This document shows, one piece after another, positions 17,958 to 27,649 of a DNA stretch of 64,000 bases. Source of the stretch: Candidatus Methanomethylophilaceae archaeon. GTDB taxonomy: Archaea; Thermoplasmatota; Thermoplasmata; Methanomassiliicoccales; Methanomethylophilaceae. The stretch's first letter is position 1; each line of letters begins with the position of its first letter. The notes below the pieces were generated by a model that had not been told where the DNA came from, did not search any database, and saw nothing but the letters and a program-made list of their open reading frames with translations. The DNA is taken from NCBI GenBank assembly GCA_963676235.1, contig OY781044.1, forward strand, positions 558,181 through 622,180, given 5' to 3'. The translations under genes and the position numbers were made by a program.

Positions 17958-19049
17958 ATGAAGACCATGACACCGATGGAAAGAAGCATGGCTGCCCTCA
18001 AAAATGAGAAGGTCGACAGGCTTTCTGCATATCCTATCGCATGCGGTGTCTGTAGAAAACTCATTGGAGACGGACACATCACATATCACGAGTGGGCAAA
18101 CGATCCCAAACTCTTTGCTCAAGCATTCATTGAAGGACAAAAGAAGTTCGGTTTCGATTTTGCCATCGGACTTATGGACCTATCAGTTATGGCTGGAGAT
18201 CTCGGAGCACATGTGAGGATGGACGAGGAAAACACCCCGTTCGTCGATGGGCATATCATTCACAGCATGGAAGACTACGAGAAATTAACTGTACCTGACA
18301 TCAAAAAAGGAAGAACAAATGTCCTCATCGAAGGAACAAAATTAATTGCAGATAATCTCAATGGAACTTGCGTAACATCTGCATTCGTTGAAGGACCACT
18401 ATTGGCACTTTCACAAACAGCTGGTGCAGAAAGACTGTTCATGGATATGTTCACCGATCCCGCTCCGGTGCACAAAGCACTCAAGGTGATGACCGAATAT
18501 GACTCTCAGATCGTAAAGGCGATGGGAGAGACGAAGATCAATGGATTGTGTTGGGATTACCTGTGGGGTAATTATGCATGTCTCGGAGATTCCGAATACG
18601 GAGAATTCGAAGCAAACACCTATGCAAAAAGACTTAACAAAGAAACCATCGAGAATGGAATGGCACTCGCGATCCATAACTGTGCAGATCTTCCTCATCT
18701 CGATACTCAGATCAAGAAGTACAAACCATCGATCTATTCTATGGCCTACTACCCATTGATCGAAGGATCCCCCAGTGCAACAGAGACCATCGAGAAAGGA
18801 TACGCAGACCATTGCCTTATCGCAGGTCAACTCGATCCTCAGTTATTCATCAGAGGAACTGAAGAGAAGATCACTGCTGTAACAAAAGATCTCTGCCATG
18901 AAGTCAAAACTGCATTATGCAAACGCGGACTGAATTCAAGCTACTGTATTGCATCTGGATGTGAAGTTCCACCTGACATAAACTGTAAGCTAGAAAACAT
19001 TACAGCTGTCATGAATGCAGTCGAAAAATATGGAAGAATGGATAACTGA
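17958..19049 (+). CDS. URO-D-family (MtaA/CmuA-like) zinc methyltransferase
   Basis: Uroporphyrinogen-decarboxylase-fold family. Zn ligand pattern H-x-C (AIHNCAD) plus a distal Cys (ASGCEVP). The start abuts the corrinoid gene stop (TAAATG). Confidence 0.8.
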   Translation: MKTMTPMERSMAALKNEKVDRLSAYPIACGVCRKLIGDGHITYHEWANDPKLFAQAFIEGQKKFGFDFAIGLMDLSVMAGDLGAHVRMDEENTPFVDGHIIHSMEDYEKLTVPDIKKGRTNVLIEGTKLIADNLNGTCVTSAFVEGPLLALSQTAGAERLFMDMFTDPAPVHKALKVMTEYDSQIVKAMGETKINGLCWDYLWGNYACLGDSEYGEFEANTYAKRLNKETIENGMALAIHNCADLPHLDTQIKKYKPSIYSMAYYPLIEGSPSATETIEKGYADHCLIAGQLDPQLFIRGTEEKITAVTKDLCHEVKTALCKRGLNSSYCIASGCEVPPDINCKLENITAVMNAVEKYGRMDN

Positions 19050-19068
19050 ACTGAACAGCCATTTACAA

Positions 19069-19143
19069 ACTCCTCCAAATAAATAAACTCTTTACTCCTC
19101 CTAATAAATAAACTCTTTACTCCTCCTAATAAATAAACTCTTT
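19069..19143. repeat. 3 x 25-nt perfect-to-near-perfect tandem repeat (ACTCCTCC[A/T]AATAAATAAACTCTTT)
   Basis: Read directly: units at 19069..19093, 19094..19118 and 19119..19143. Units 2 and 3 are identical; unit 1 differs at one base. Confidence 0.9.
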
Positions 19144-19178
19144 ATAATAAAAATACAAAAATAAATTGAGATGAAAGG

Positions 19179-19493
19179 ATGAATGGACATTACGAAGCAA
19201 TGAGAGCACAAGGATTTGGATACAATACAACAGCATCTGTCAGAAAATTCGCGTGTCCCCGCTGCGGTTTTCAATTCTCACTCGTATATGCGAGAACCTT
19301 TGCATGCCAAGGATGTTCTGAATCAGTAAAAGGATGCCCTAAAATCAGATGTAATAAGTGTGATCTTGAATTCCCTATAGCAGACATGCCAGAGATACAT
19401 GGAAAAGAACAGCAGAAAACAATGGCAGACCACATATGTCAGATTGTATCAGAAAGAAATTCTGATCTTGGTATTATTTCTGCCAAGAGGTGA
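19179..19493 (+). CDS. small Cys-rich (Zn-ribbon or Fe-S) protein
   Basis: Seven Cys within about 36 residues (CPRC...CQGC...C.....C..C). RBS GAAAGGA. Its stop overlaps the next gene's start (GTGA). Confidence 0.6.
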   Translation: MNGHYEAMRAQGFGYNTTASVRKFACPRCGFQFSLVYARTFACQGCSESVKGCPKIRCNKCDLEFPIADMPEIHGKEQQKTMADHICQIVSERNSDLGIISAKR

Positions 19494-21490
19494 AGATTAT
19501 GTTGCTCGGCCTTGGTTTTGATACGGGCGGTACGTACACTGATGCTGTGATCATGAATTTAGAAACAGATCAAATACTGATGAGTTCAAAAGCGCTCACA
19601 ACGCGTTACGATCTCTCGATTGGAATAAAGAACTCCATTAAAAATTTTAACTGCGACGTTTTGAACAAAATCTCTCTCGTATCATTATCATCTACTTTGG
19701 CAACTAATTCAATCGTAGAAGGAAAAGGGTGTAGAGTGGGACTCATATGTATTGGTGAAAAATATGATAACGCCGTAAGCGTAGATGCATACGCTTGCAT
19801 AAAAGGATGTCATGATTTATCCGGAAATGAATCTGAACCGCTAGATATCGATGCCGCTGAAAAATTCTTCAATTCTATAAAAGGAAAGGTTGATGGACTT
19901 GCAATCACCGGATATTTAAGTGTAAGGAATCCAGAACATGAGATCTGCATAAAGAAATTAGCTAACCGCATTCTAAATATACCTGCAGTATGTGGACATG
20001 AACTTTCTTCCGGACTGGGTTTCAACGAACGTACAACAACGTGTATAATGAACGCTCGTCTTATCCCGATCATTAAAGACCTTATAGATTCAGTCAACAA
20101 AGTCCTTTACGACAATAATATCAAAGCACCCCTTATGATCGTGAAGGGAGATGGATCAATAATGGACCAAAAAATGGCGAAGGAAAGACCTGTCGAGACA
20201 ATATTATCTGGTCCAGCCGCAAGTATGATCGGTGCAAGAAAACTCACCGGTCAGGACAATGCGATAGTAATGGATATCGGTGGCACAACTACAGATATCG
20301 GAATATTAAGAAACGGTCGCCCAAGATTAGAAAAAGAAGGAGCATTAATAGGCGAAAAAAGAACTAAAGTCCTTGCAGCAGACATAGCAACCTCCGGAAT
20401 AGGAGGAGATAGCCGTATTGTTGTCAACGGACAGAATATTCTTCTAATGCCTACAAAAGCCATCCCATTATGTGTAGCAGCCAACAAATGGCCTGATCTT
20501 AAGAGACGTCTCGAAAAGATAGCTACAGAAAAAGTACGTCCTACTCCAGAAGCGGTCAAAGAAGAGAATATTATACAGGAAACCGAATTCTTCATAAAAA
20601 TCAAGAATCCTTCATCAGACACACTATCGAGTATGGATCTGAAATTCCTAGATATTATCAAACATGAACCTCTGTCATTATCTGAAGCAGGAGAGAAACT
20701 GAACGTACATCCACTCGCGTTCAATGCATCTAAATTAGAAGGAATGGAACTTATTCAAAGAATAGGTCTCACTCCCACAGATCTTCTGCATGCTGAAGGA
20801 AGCTACTTAATATATGATGCAGAAGCATCAAAACTAGGTATACTCCATCAGGCAACTAAACTCAGGATAGCAACTGAGGAATTCATATTCAAGACGAAGA
20901 AAAAATTCATCGATAAACTGTGCATGGAACTCATGAAGAAGTTGATGTTCGAAGAGACTGGTTTACTTAATATGGATTGCAGCGAAAAGATACTTATTAT
21001 GAAGGCCATCGAACAAACATCTAATACAGAATTTGATTGCATGATCAAATTGAACAAACCAATTATAGGTATTGGAGCGCCTGTCGCAGCATATCTTCCA
21101 GCCGTTGCCAAAAGATTCAATACAAAACTATACATCCCAGAATATTCCGAAGTAGGCAACGCGATAGGTGCACTTACAAGCAGTATAATAGAAAGTATAG
21201 AGGTACTCGTAAAACCTAATCAGACTGGAAATTCTGATGACTCACCCTGTCTAGTGTTCGCAACATTTGGAAAGACTACGACCACTAGTTACGAAGAAGG
21301 TCTTGAATTGGCCAAATTCAAAGGTAAAATGTTCGTGAAAGAACTTGCTGAAAAAGCAGGTGCTGTTGACATCACAGTATCTTATGATGTCAATGAAAAA
21401 AGATATTCCACAGGTGATGATATGAACAATGTTCTGTTGGAAACTATCGTCACTGTGACTGCTGTAGGAAAACCCAAGCAATTCTCATAA
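19490..21490 (+). CDS. hydantoinase/oxoprolinase A-family (ASKHA-fold) ATPase-like protein
   Basis: N-terminal GFDTGGTYTDAV and central DIGGTTTDIG phosphate-binding motifs typical of HyuA. No HyuB partner in the window. The start is either GTG 19490 or ATG 19499. Confidence 0.75.
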   Translation: MKIMLLGLGFDTGGTYTDAVIMNLETDQILMSSKALTTRYDLSIGIKNSIKNFNCDVLNKISLVSLSSTLATNSIVEGKGCRVGLICIGEKYDNAVSVDAYACIKGCHDLSGNESEPLDIDAAEKFFNSIKGKVDGLAITGYLSVRNPEHEICIKKLANRILNIPAVCGHELSSGLGFNERTTTCIMNARLIPIIKDLIDSVNKVLYDNNIKAPLMIVKGDGSIMDQKMAKERPVETILSGPAASMIGARKLTGQDNAIVMDIGGTTTDIGILRNGRPRLEKEGALIGEKRTKVLAADIATSGIGGDSRIVVNGQNILLMPTKAIPLCVAANKWPDLKRRLEKIATEKVRPTPEAVKEENIIQETEFFIKIKNPSSDTLSSMDLKFLDIIKHEPLSLSEAGEKLNVHPLAFNASKLEGMELIQRIGLTPTDLLHAEGSYLIYDAEASKLGILHQATKLRIATEEFIFKTKKKFIDKLCMELMKKLMFEETGLLNMDCSEKILIMKAIEQTSNTEFDCMIKLNKPIIGIGAPVAAYLPAVAKRFNTKLYIPEYSEVGNAIGALTSSIIESIEVLVKPNQTGNSDDSPCLVFATFGKTTTTSYEEGLELAKFKGKMFVKELAEKAGAVDITVSYDVNEKRYSTGDDMNNVLLETIVTVTAVGKPKQFS

Positions 21491-21491
21491 A

Positions 21492-23387
21492 TTAATTTAT
21501 AGAATAATTATCGGGCGGAATAGTTATCTCGAACACCACGCCCTTGCCCGGAGATCCTACTTCTTCCAATGTGAATTCTGTTGCAGCCAGTATACTTCCG
21601 ACCAGGAACATTCCAAACTTTCCGTTCTCTATCCTTCCCTTAACGATATCGTCTTTCGTATCTACAGGCAATCCTATTCCGTTGTCACTATAAACCAGAA
21701 TCAGATTTCCGCGATCTATCCTGTACTTAACAATTATCTCGGAAACATGCCCACCATGCATGATAGAATTCGACAATAAATGATAAAATACGTTGTAAAA
21801 TGTAGGATCTGCCAACACTCTCAAACCATCCGTCCTGATTTTGACGAGTTCTTTCGGTACATTAAAAATATCCATGGCACGTTCTACCACAACATATACA
21901 TCCTGCCATATCGGATCTATCATACCCACATTGTGATAATCGCGTACAAATCCTACAGCTTCATTGATATTATTAAGCTGACAATCAATTTCCAGTTCAG
22001 CTATCCCTCCCACAGAAACCATAGCTTTCTTGATACCTTTCAAAGACCTCAATATCTCTTCAGTCACAAATTCATCGAGAGTGTTGATGTGTTCTACCGC
22101 TTCCCGCATTATAGAATTCGTTTTATTCAATTCAGATACATCATCAAATGTAACGACATAACCTGACTGGTCAGCCCCGATATCCTTCACGGACGACACT
22201 GAAATCATATAATCCTTGCCAGTGACCTGATTTCGAACAGGTGTTAGCGAAACATGCGTATTACCATCTATTATGACGGAATTCACGACTGCTTGAATCT
22301 CTTTTGATATATTATTTTGGAAAAATCTTATTCCTGGCTGATTCGAAGCATCCCCGCACCCTACCAATTTGGATGAAATGCTATTACATAGGATGATGTC
22401 AAGTTTACTGTTCAGAACTAGCATTCCTATCGGTGCACTATCGATAATATTACGAAGTTTATTTTCTGTTGCCAGAGTCTTTCCTTTAAGGATTATCTCA
22501 GCATAAATGCTAAACAATCCGTCCATTAAAAGAGTCAATTGTTTTTCATCTGTCCACGTGTAGTTACGTTTTTTGTTCGCTACACCAGCCGTTGCAACGA
22601 GTACCCCGTCATGATAGATAGGTATCATCAGCAATTTATTCAAAGGCAGATGTCCCATGGGAGTTCCCTTTTTAGGATAGTTTCTTTCAGTATTGTAATC
22701 ATTGATGATCACTGTAGCTCCACGTCGTATGGGCTCTCCCCATAACCCAGTGGTATCGAGATTATACACCATCGGAACATTCTCCACCTTACAGGATTCC
22801 ATGCAAGAATTAGACCATGATAACATATTGAGTTTCCTGTTCTTCGAGTCATATGTAGCGACATATCCAATCTGACTCTCTGTAAGCCTTACACTCTCAC
22901 TCAGTGCATAATCCAAAATATCTTCGAATGACCTTCCATTGAGTTTGGCGAGACGAATTAAAGCTTTCATCCTCTCTTGATTGAGTTCGTTTTCATATTC
23001 CTGCTGTTTCCTTTCGACACAGAATGTTATCTTCTGGGCTAATTCCATGAAAACATTCAGTTTGGTCTTATCACGACTCATGTAATAATCTATTCTTTCT
23101 TCAAAGGCCCTTATAGCGATCTCACCATCTACTTCTTTGGAAACAATTATGTAAGGAAGTTCCACGCGGTTACGACTGAGAAATTCAAAAAGAGCCAGAG
23201 AATCTAATTTTTCATGATCGTGATCACATACTATAACGTCGATGTCCTTTGAATCCGTTACCGCTTTTAAAGCACCGTCCTGGTCATAAGTACAGACGAT
23301 CTTAATATTAGGATTAAGATTCGGGAGGAATGTCCTAGCACTCTCCAAGAACTTTTTATCGATACTTACAATCAGTACGCTGTACAT
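21492..23387 (-). CDS. sensor protein: receiver-like + GAF + PAS + HATPase_c histidine-kinase-like domain
   Basis: N-terminal CheY-like region (DVIVCDHD) and a GAF-like block (SQIGYVATYD...). C-terminal ATPase boxes LLSNSIMHGG, DNGIGLP, GKFGMFLVGS. The track start is TTG 23396; there is an ATG at 23387. Confidence 0.75.
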   Translation of the reverse strand: MYSVLIVSIDKKFLESARTFLPNLNPNIKIVCTYDQDGALKAVTDSKDIDVIVCDHDHEKLDSLALFEFLSRNRVELPYIIVSKEVDGEIAIRAFEERIDYYMSRDKTKLNVFMELAQKITFCVERKQQEYENELNQERMKALIRLAKLNGRSFEDILDYALSESVRLTESQIGYVATYDSKNRKLNMLSWSNSCMESCKVENVPMVYNLDTTGLWGEPIRRGATVIINDYNTERNYPKKGTPMGHLPLNKLLMIPIYHDGVLVATAGVANKKRNYTWTDEKQLTLLMDGLFSIYAEIILKGKTLATENKLRNIIDSAPIGMLVLNSKLDIILCNSISSKLVGCGDASNQPGIRFFQNNISKEIQAVVNSVIIDGNTHVSLTPVRNQVTGKDYMISVSSVKDIGADQSGYVVTFDDVSELNKTNSIMREAVEHINTLDEFVTEEILRSLKGIKKAMVSVGGIAELEIDCQLNNINEAVGFVRDYHNVGMIDPIWQDVYVVVERAMDIFNVPKELVKIRTDGLRVLADPTFYNVFYHLLSNSIMHGGHVSEIIVKYRIDRGNLILVYSDNGIGLPVDTKDDIVKGRIENGKFGMFLVGSILAATEFTLEEVGSPGKGVVFEITIPPDNYSIN

Positions 23388-23543
23388 AAGCTTCAATGTG
23401 TTTTTGTCTTTATATTATGTACGTTATCATTTAATTATCATCATGGCCAAAGTACCAAATCTCATGTTTAGGCCACCATCTTATATATGGTGGTGATTCT
23501 ATATTCTTGTAGACAAATGTTTTACACAATAGGAAGCAAATAC

Positions 23544-23987
23544 ATGATAGAATACAAAAAGATATTATTAGCAACGGACGGTAGCGAGAACAACCAATCC
23601 GCTGTGTATCACTGTATTGCTCTCGCCAAAGCAGTCGGTGCAGAGGTCACTGTCGTCTCTGTCGTAGAACTTACAGGACTGGTCCCAGCTCCGATCGTAA
23701 CAAAAGCCGGCATCGAAAAAGCCTCTATGGAAGCAGAAAAATTAGCTACAGACATAACCAACAATACCGTTGAAAAATGCAAGAGTGCAGGCGTCAAAGC
23801 AAACAGTATGATCCTACTTGGGGTTCCAGCAACAGAAATCATTAATGCTTCTAAGGATTATGATTTAATTGTTATGGGAACACTCGGACGTACGGGATTT
23901 AATCACCTAATACTCGGAAGCGTTGCAGAACGGGTAATTAAATTCAGTAGTTGTCCCGTGTTTGTTGTTCGTAGCAACAATGAATAA
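23544..23987 (+). CDS. universal stress protein (UspA family)
   Basis: KKILLATDGSE...LIVMGTLGRTG...GSVAERV. The ATG at 23544 follows an AGGAAG; the upstream extension from 23487 is unlikely. Confidence 0.85.
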   Translation: MIEYKKILLATDGSENNQSAVYHCIALAKAVGAEVTVVSVVELTGLVPAPIVTKAGIEKASMEAEKLATDITNNTVEKCKSAGVKANSMILLGVPATEIINASKDYDLIVMGTLGRTGFNHLILGSVAERVIKFSSCPVFVVRSNNE

Positions 23988-23993
23988 GTACTT

Positions 23994-24037
23994 AGTGAAA
24001 TTGTGTTCATGCAATTTCACTTTGATTTCTTTTTTTA
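23994..24037 (+). terminator. hairpin (10-bp stem AGTGAAATTG/CAATTTCACT) followed by a T-run
   Basis: Read directly. It begins 7 nt after the usp stop, and a T7 run follows at about 24030. Confidence 0.45.
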
Positions 24038-24248
24038 ATATTTTAGGTCTTTTATTCTGTTTCAATATGAATTCCAAAATGAAAAAAACACCCATCAAAA
24101 ATGAATAGTGCAAAACACTTTTCTCGATGTTGATTCCCACACCATATTAATGCATATGATGATAACTAATCAATAATATCATGTTAACGTTTGTTATAAG
24201 ATAATATTCATATCTATTGACTGCTTCAAAGCCTTACGAGGAAATGAT

Positions 24249-24827
24249 ATGATAACAATAAGAGATATCAGAAAAGAAGATGTGCCAGCCGCATTGGAGA
24301 TATCTCTCGCTGAATTAGGCACAGATTATCTTACAAAACAGGATTTCCTCGAAACCATACATGCAAACGACAAATTCTGCATGATAGCATTAGACGATGG
24401 GATCTTAGCAGGATTTGCGATCTGCCAGCTATTCGGTCCAGAAAAAGTAGATGAGATGCTCAAACTCCCGAACTCTCCCGACAGAGATTCTCTATTAAAA
24501 GTAAAAAAGATCGGACTTCTGGATTCGGTCTCCGTATCACAGAAAATGAAGGGAAAAGGAGTAGGACGTAAACTCGGAGAAGCATGCTACAAAAGATTCC
24601 AGATGGAAGAATGCAATGTCATTACTGCGATGGCCTGGGAAGATATCAATGGACATACCAATATCAAGAACATATTGGAACACGGACTTAACATGACTCC
24701 ATCAATAGGGATTAAAGGATACTGGAACCTTTTCGTATCTTCTCCAGAAGGTCACCACTGTCCGATGTGCGGTGCACCGTGCAAATGCTATGGAAGACTC
24801 TATTCAGTAAAAATGAAAAAGTTTTGA
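24249..24827 (+). CDS. GNAT-family N-acetyltransferase with a C-terminal Cys/His cluster
   Basis: Acetyl-CoA motif QKMKGKGVGRKLG. C-terminal HHCPMCGAPCKC. Confidence 0.7.
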   Translation: MITIRDIRKEDVPAALEISLAELGTDYLTKQDFLETIHANDKFCMIALDDGILAGFAICQLFGPEKVDEMLKLPNSPDRDSLLKVKKIGLLDSVSVSQKMKGKGVGRKLGEACYKRFQMEECNVITAMAWEDINGHTNIKNILEHGLNMTPSIGIKGYWNLFVSSPEGHHCPMCGAPCKCYGRLYSVKMKKF

Positions 24828-24835
24828 AAAAGATT

Positions 24836-25480
24836 TCAAAGATGCATATTGGTATCTACAATATTACAATACATAATAAGCATGTAGGTCTCGTATCCAT
24901 TGCTTATATTCATGTACTGGTAAAGCAAATAAGTTGTACCATATGTACTGAGAACCATGTGAAATCCGATACTAAATACCTCGCTGGACATATTGATCGA
25001 TATGTCTACAACATTCCTCTCACCCATTGGCGTAGAAATAGATCTGTCTGAAACATATCCTCCGTATGTCTCGCGAATTTCATCCATGTCTGACATAAAC
25101 ACAATAGATAATGATGTGAAAGTAGTTTCAACATCGTAAGATCCCTTGAGAACATCAATAAATTCTTCATGAGTATATGTGTTATTTACGACTCCTTCGT
25201 CGTGTTCATCTCCTGAATCTTCAACATATTTGAAATCGATAGAATACACATTAACATCTATCGCAGCCAACGTGATCTGACCACTCACCGTGACAGAATT
25301 ATTGTTCATATCAACCTTATAATATGAAATATCGTATCTCGCATAGTCACCGACCTTCATATCTGTAAGATCTTCAGGCGCATCCGTAGGAAAATAAATC
25401 GCTGCAAGACCTGCGAATAAAAGCGTAAATACAGTCACACCTGCAACTATCGCGGCTACAATCTTTGTTTCCTTGTACAT
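24836..25480 (-). CDS. membrane-anchored hypothetical protein
   Basis: N-terminal TM helix (IVAAIVAGVTVFTLLFAGLAAIY) followed by a beta-rich ectodomain. No recognisable family. Confidence 0.5.
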   Translation of the reverse strand: MYKETKIVAAIVAGVTVFTLLFAGLAAIYFPTDAPEDLTDMKVGDYARYDISYYKVDMNNNSVTVSGQITLAAIDVNVYSIDFKYVEDSGDEHDEGVVNNTYTHEEFIDVLKGSYDVETTFTSLSIVFMSDMDEIRETYGGYVSDRSISTPMGERNVVDISINMSSEVFSIGFHMVLSTYGTTYLLYQYMNISNGYETYMLIMYCNIVDTNMHL

Positions 25481-25512
25481 ATCATAATAATGGAATGAAC
25501 ACCGTATATACG

Positions 25513-26445
25513 TTACTCTTTGAGATTTTTTGATTTGAAATTCTGCTTGGTCTTTAATAGAGAAAATGCGATTGTTATCAACAAAACACCAACAATAACG
25601 ACCAATGATGTTACAACGTTGATTTCTATTATATCTGAAAGAAGCATCTTCATACCTACAAATGCCAAAATGACACCCAGGCCGTATTTCAAATATTCTA
25701 AAGATTCCATCGTTCCTCTGAGTGCAAAATACAATGACCTCAGACCAAGTATGGCAAAGATGTTCGATGTGTATACTATGAACATGTCAGTCGTTATTGC
25801 CAAACATGCAGGTATGGAGTCCACTGCGAACATAATGTCAGTAAGTTCGATGACGATGATGCAAAGCATCAGCGGAGTCATCCTGCGAACACCTTCTTTG
25901 AATGTGAAAAGCTTGTCACCGTCAAGTCCGGAAGATACACGTGTGTGCCTGCTAAGTATCATTGCGAATTTATTCGCCTTGTTTGGATCTTCTTTCTTTA
26001 CAACCGTCTTTATCGCGGTATAGATCAATATCGCGCCGAATATGTACATGACGAATTTGAAATTGTCCAACAACTCCGCACCCGCAAAGATAAACAATGC
26101 ACGGAAAACCAATGCTCCTATTATACCGTAAAACAACGCCTTGTGCTGATATTCATCAGGTATCCTGAAATATGCGAATATTACGATGAATATGAACAGA
26201 TTATCGATACTCATCGCCTTCTCTACAGAATATGTAGCAAGGTATTCCACTGCCTTATCAGAACCCATCTCGACATAGATGAACACTGCGAACAGCAAAG
26301 AGATCGCTATCCAGAACGCTGTCATCAAAAGTGCTTTCTTGACAGAGATGTGCTTAGACTTACGATTGAATACACCAAGATCCAACGCTAAGAGCACAGC
26401 TACTACTACTCCAAAAACGGCCCACATCATGTAGCTGTCGATCAT
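25513..26445 (-). CDS. TerC-family integral membrane protein
   Basis: Polytopic, with TerC-like blocks (EKAMSIDNLFIFIVIF, DSIPA..AIT.D.FIVYTSNIFAILGLRSLYF). Confidence 0.8.
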   Translation of the reverse strand: MIDSYMMWAVFGVVVAVLLALDLGVFNRKSKHISVKKALLMTAFWIAISLLFAVFIYVEMGSDKAVEYLATYSVEKAMSIDNLFIFIVIFAYFRIPDEYQHKALFYGIIGALVFRALFIFAGAELLDNFKFVMYIFGAILIYTAIKTVVKKEDPNKANKFAMILSRHTRVSSGLDGDKLFTFKEGVRRMTPLMLCIIVIELTDIMFAVDSIPACLAITTDMFIVYTSNIFAILGLRSLYFALRGTMESLEYLKYGLGVILAFVGMKMLLSDIIEINVVTSLVVIVGVLLITIAFSLLKTKQNFKSKNLKE

Positions 26446-26485
26446 ACATTGTTTTTCCTTGATTAAATGTGAATTGGAAATTGTT

Positions 26486-27634
26486 TTATTTCATATCTGC
26501 AATTTTGGATCTGAGTTTGGACTTTTTTGCAGAAGTTTTCTTACCTGCTTCGCCGTCCAACTTAGCCAAAAGCTCTTTTTCCAATGCAGTTGGCTTTGTC
26601 GGTATATCCATACGCACGCGTGCGTAGAGATTTCCACGGACAGATTGGTTGAGTTTTGGTAATCCTTTTCCAGATATTCTGAGCACTCCGCCGATCTGTG
26701 TTCCTGCAGGAATGCTTACTGATATGGTCTCGCCATCGAGAGTTTTGATGCTTTCCTCGCCTCCGAGTACCAAACGCGAATATGTGGTAGTGACCTCTGA
26801 CCATAGATTGATGCCATCACGCTCGAATGCCTTGTTCTCCTTCACGCTTATTACTACGTAGAGATCTCCTGCGGGACCTCCGTTATATCCTGCATCCCCT
26901 GCACCAGCTACTCTGATGCGAGCTCCATCATCGATTCCCTTGGGGATATTGATGGATATTTTTGACGTTACATTATTACGGCCGGTTCCATGACATTTCT
27001 GACACTTCTCCGTTGCCATACGGCCGGTTCCATGACATCTGGGACAATCTGATACTGACATCATATTGCCGAAAGGTGTACGTGTAACGTTCTGAACTTG
27101 ACCCTGACCGTTACACTGGGTACATCTTTCCACCTTACCGTCCTTTCCACCTGTTCCCTTACAGTCAGGGCATGTTGCAGAATGTGGAACAGATATCTCA
27201 ACGGTTTTGCCGTTGAGTACATCCTCCAACGTTATCTGCATATTATACGCCAGAGACTCACCCGTAGCAGGTGAATTGCTACGGGATCTGCCTTGACGTC
27301 TTCCGCCTCCGAATATGCCTCCGAAGATATCCCCGAAGATATCGTTGATATCATCTCCATGAGTGAAATCATCCCACGAGAATCCACCGTTGCTGAACTG
27401 ACTGTTCACACCGGCATGTCCGTACTTATCGTACGTCTGACGCTTCTCAGCATCAGACAGTACCTCGTAAGCCTCAGATATCTCTTTGAACTTGGCTTCG
27501 GCCACTTCTTTGGATTCAGTAGATACATCCGGATGATACTTCTTAGCAAGCGTGCGATACGCGCTCTTTATCTCATCGGGTGATGCGGTCTTACTGACGC
27601 CCAGGACCTCGTAGTAATCTCTTTGCTCTGGCAT
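26486..27634 (-). CDS. dnaJ: molecular chaperone DnaJ
   Basis: J domain (DYYEVLGV...YHPD), G/F region, and four CxxCxGxG zinc motifs. Confidence 0.95.
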   Translation of the reverse strand: MPEQRDYYEVLGVSKTASPDEIKSAYRTLAKKYHPDVSTESKEVAEAKFKEISEAYEVLSDAEKRQTYDKYGHAGVNSQFSNGGFSWDDFTHGDDINDIFGDIFGGIFGGGRRQGRSRSNSPATGESLAYNMQITLEDVLNGKTVEISVPHSATCPDCKGTGGKDGKVERCTQCNGQGQVQNVTRTPFGNMMSVSDCPRCHGTGRMATEKCQKCHGTGRNNVTSKISINIPKGIDDGARIRVAGAGDAGYNGGPAGDLYVVISVKENKAFERDGINLWSEVTTTYSRLVLGGEESIKTLDGETISVSIPAGTQIGGVLRISGKGLPKLNQSVRGNLYARVRMDIPTKPTALEKELLAKLDGEAGKKTSAKKSKLRSKIADMK

Positions 27635-27649
27635 ATTTATTACTCGACC

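Noticed and set aside
17553-18140. Long antisense or alternative-frame ORFs inside confidently assigned genes. Examples: 17553..18140, 8892..9332, 14273..14776, 25520..26023, 27798..28259, 29583..30077, 30612..31073, 33641..34051, 49362..49928, 52826..53272, 60418..60837.
   Set aside because: Each is fully embedded in a gene with strong family motifs on the other strand or frame. Their translations are low-complexity (S/P/I-rich) with no recognisable domains, so they are shadow ORFs.
19069-19143. Possible mini-CRISPR array
   Set aside because: The three 25-nt units are directly contiguous with no spacers, there are no cas genes in the window, and the unit is AT-rich with no palindromic core. 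I call it a plain tandem repeat.
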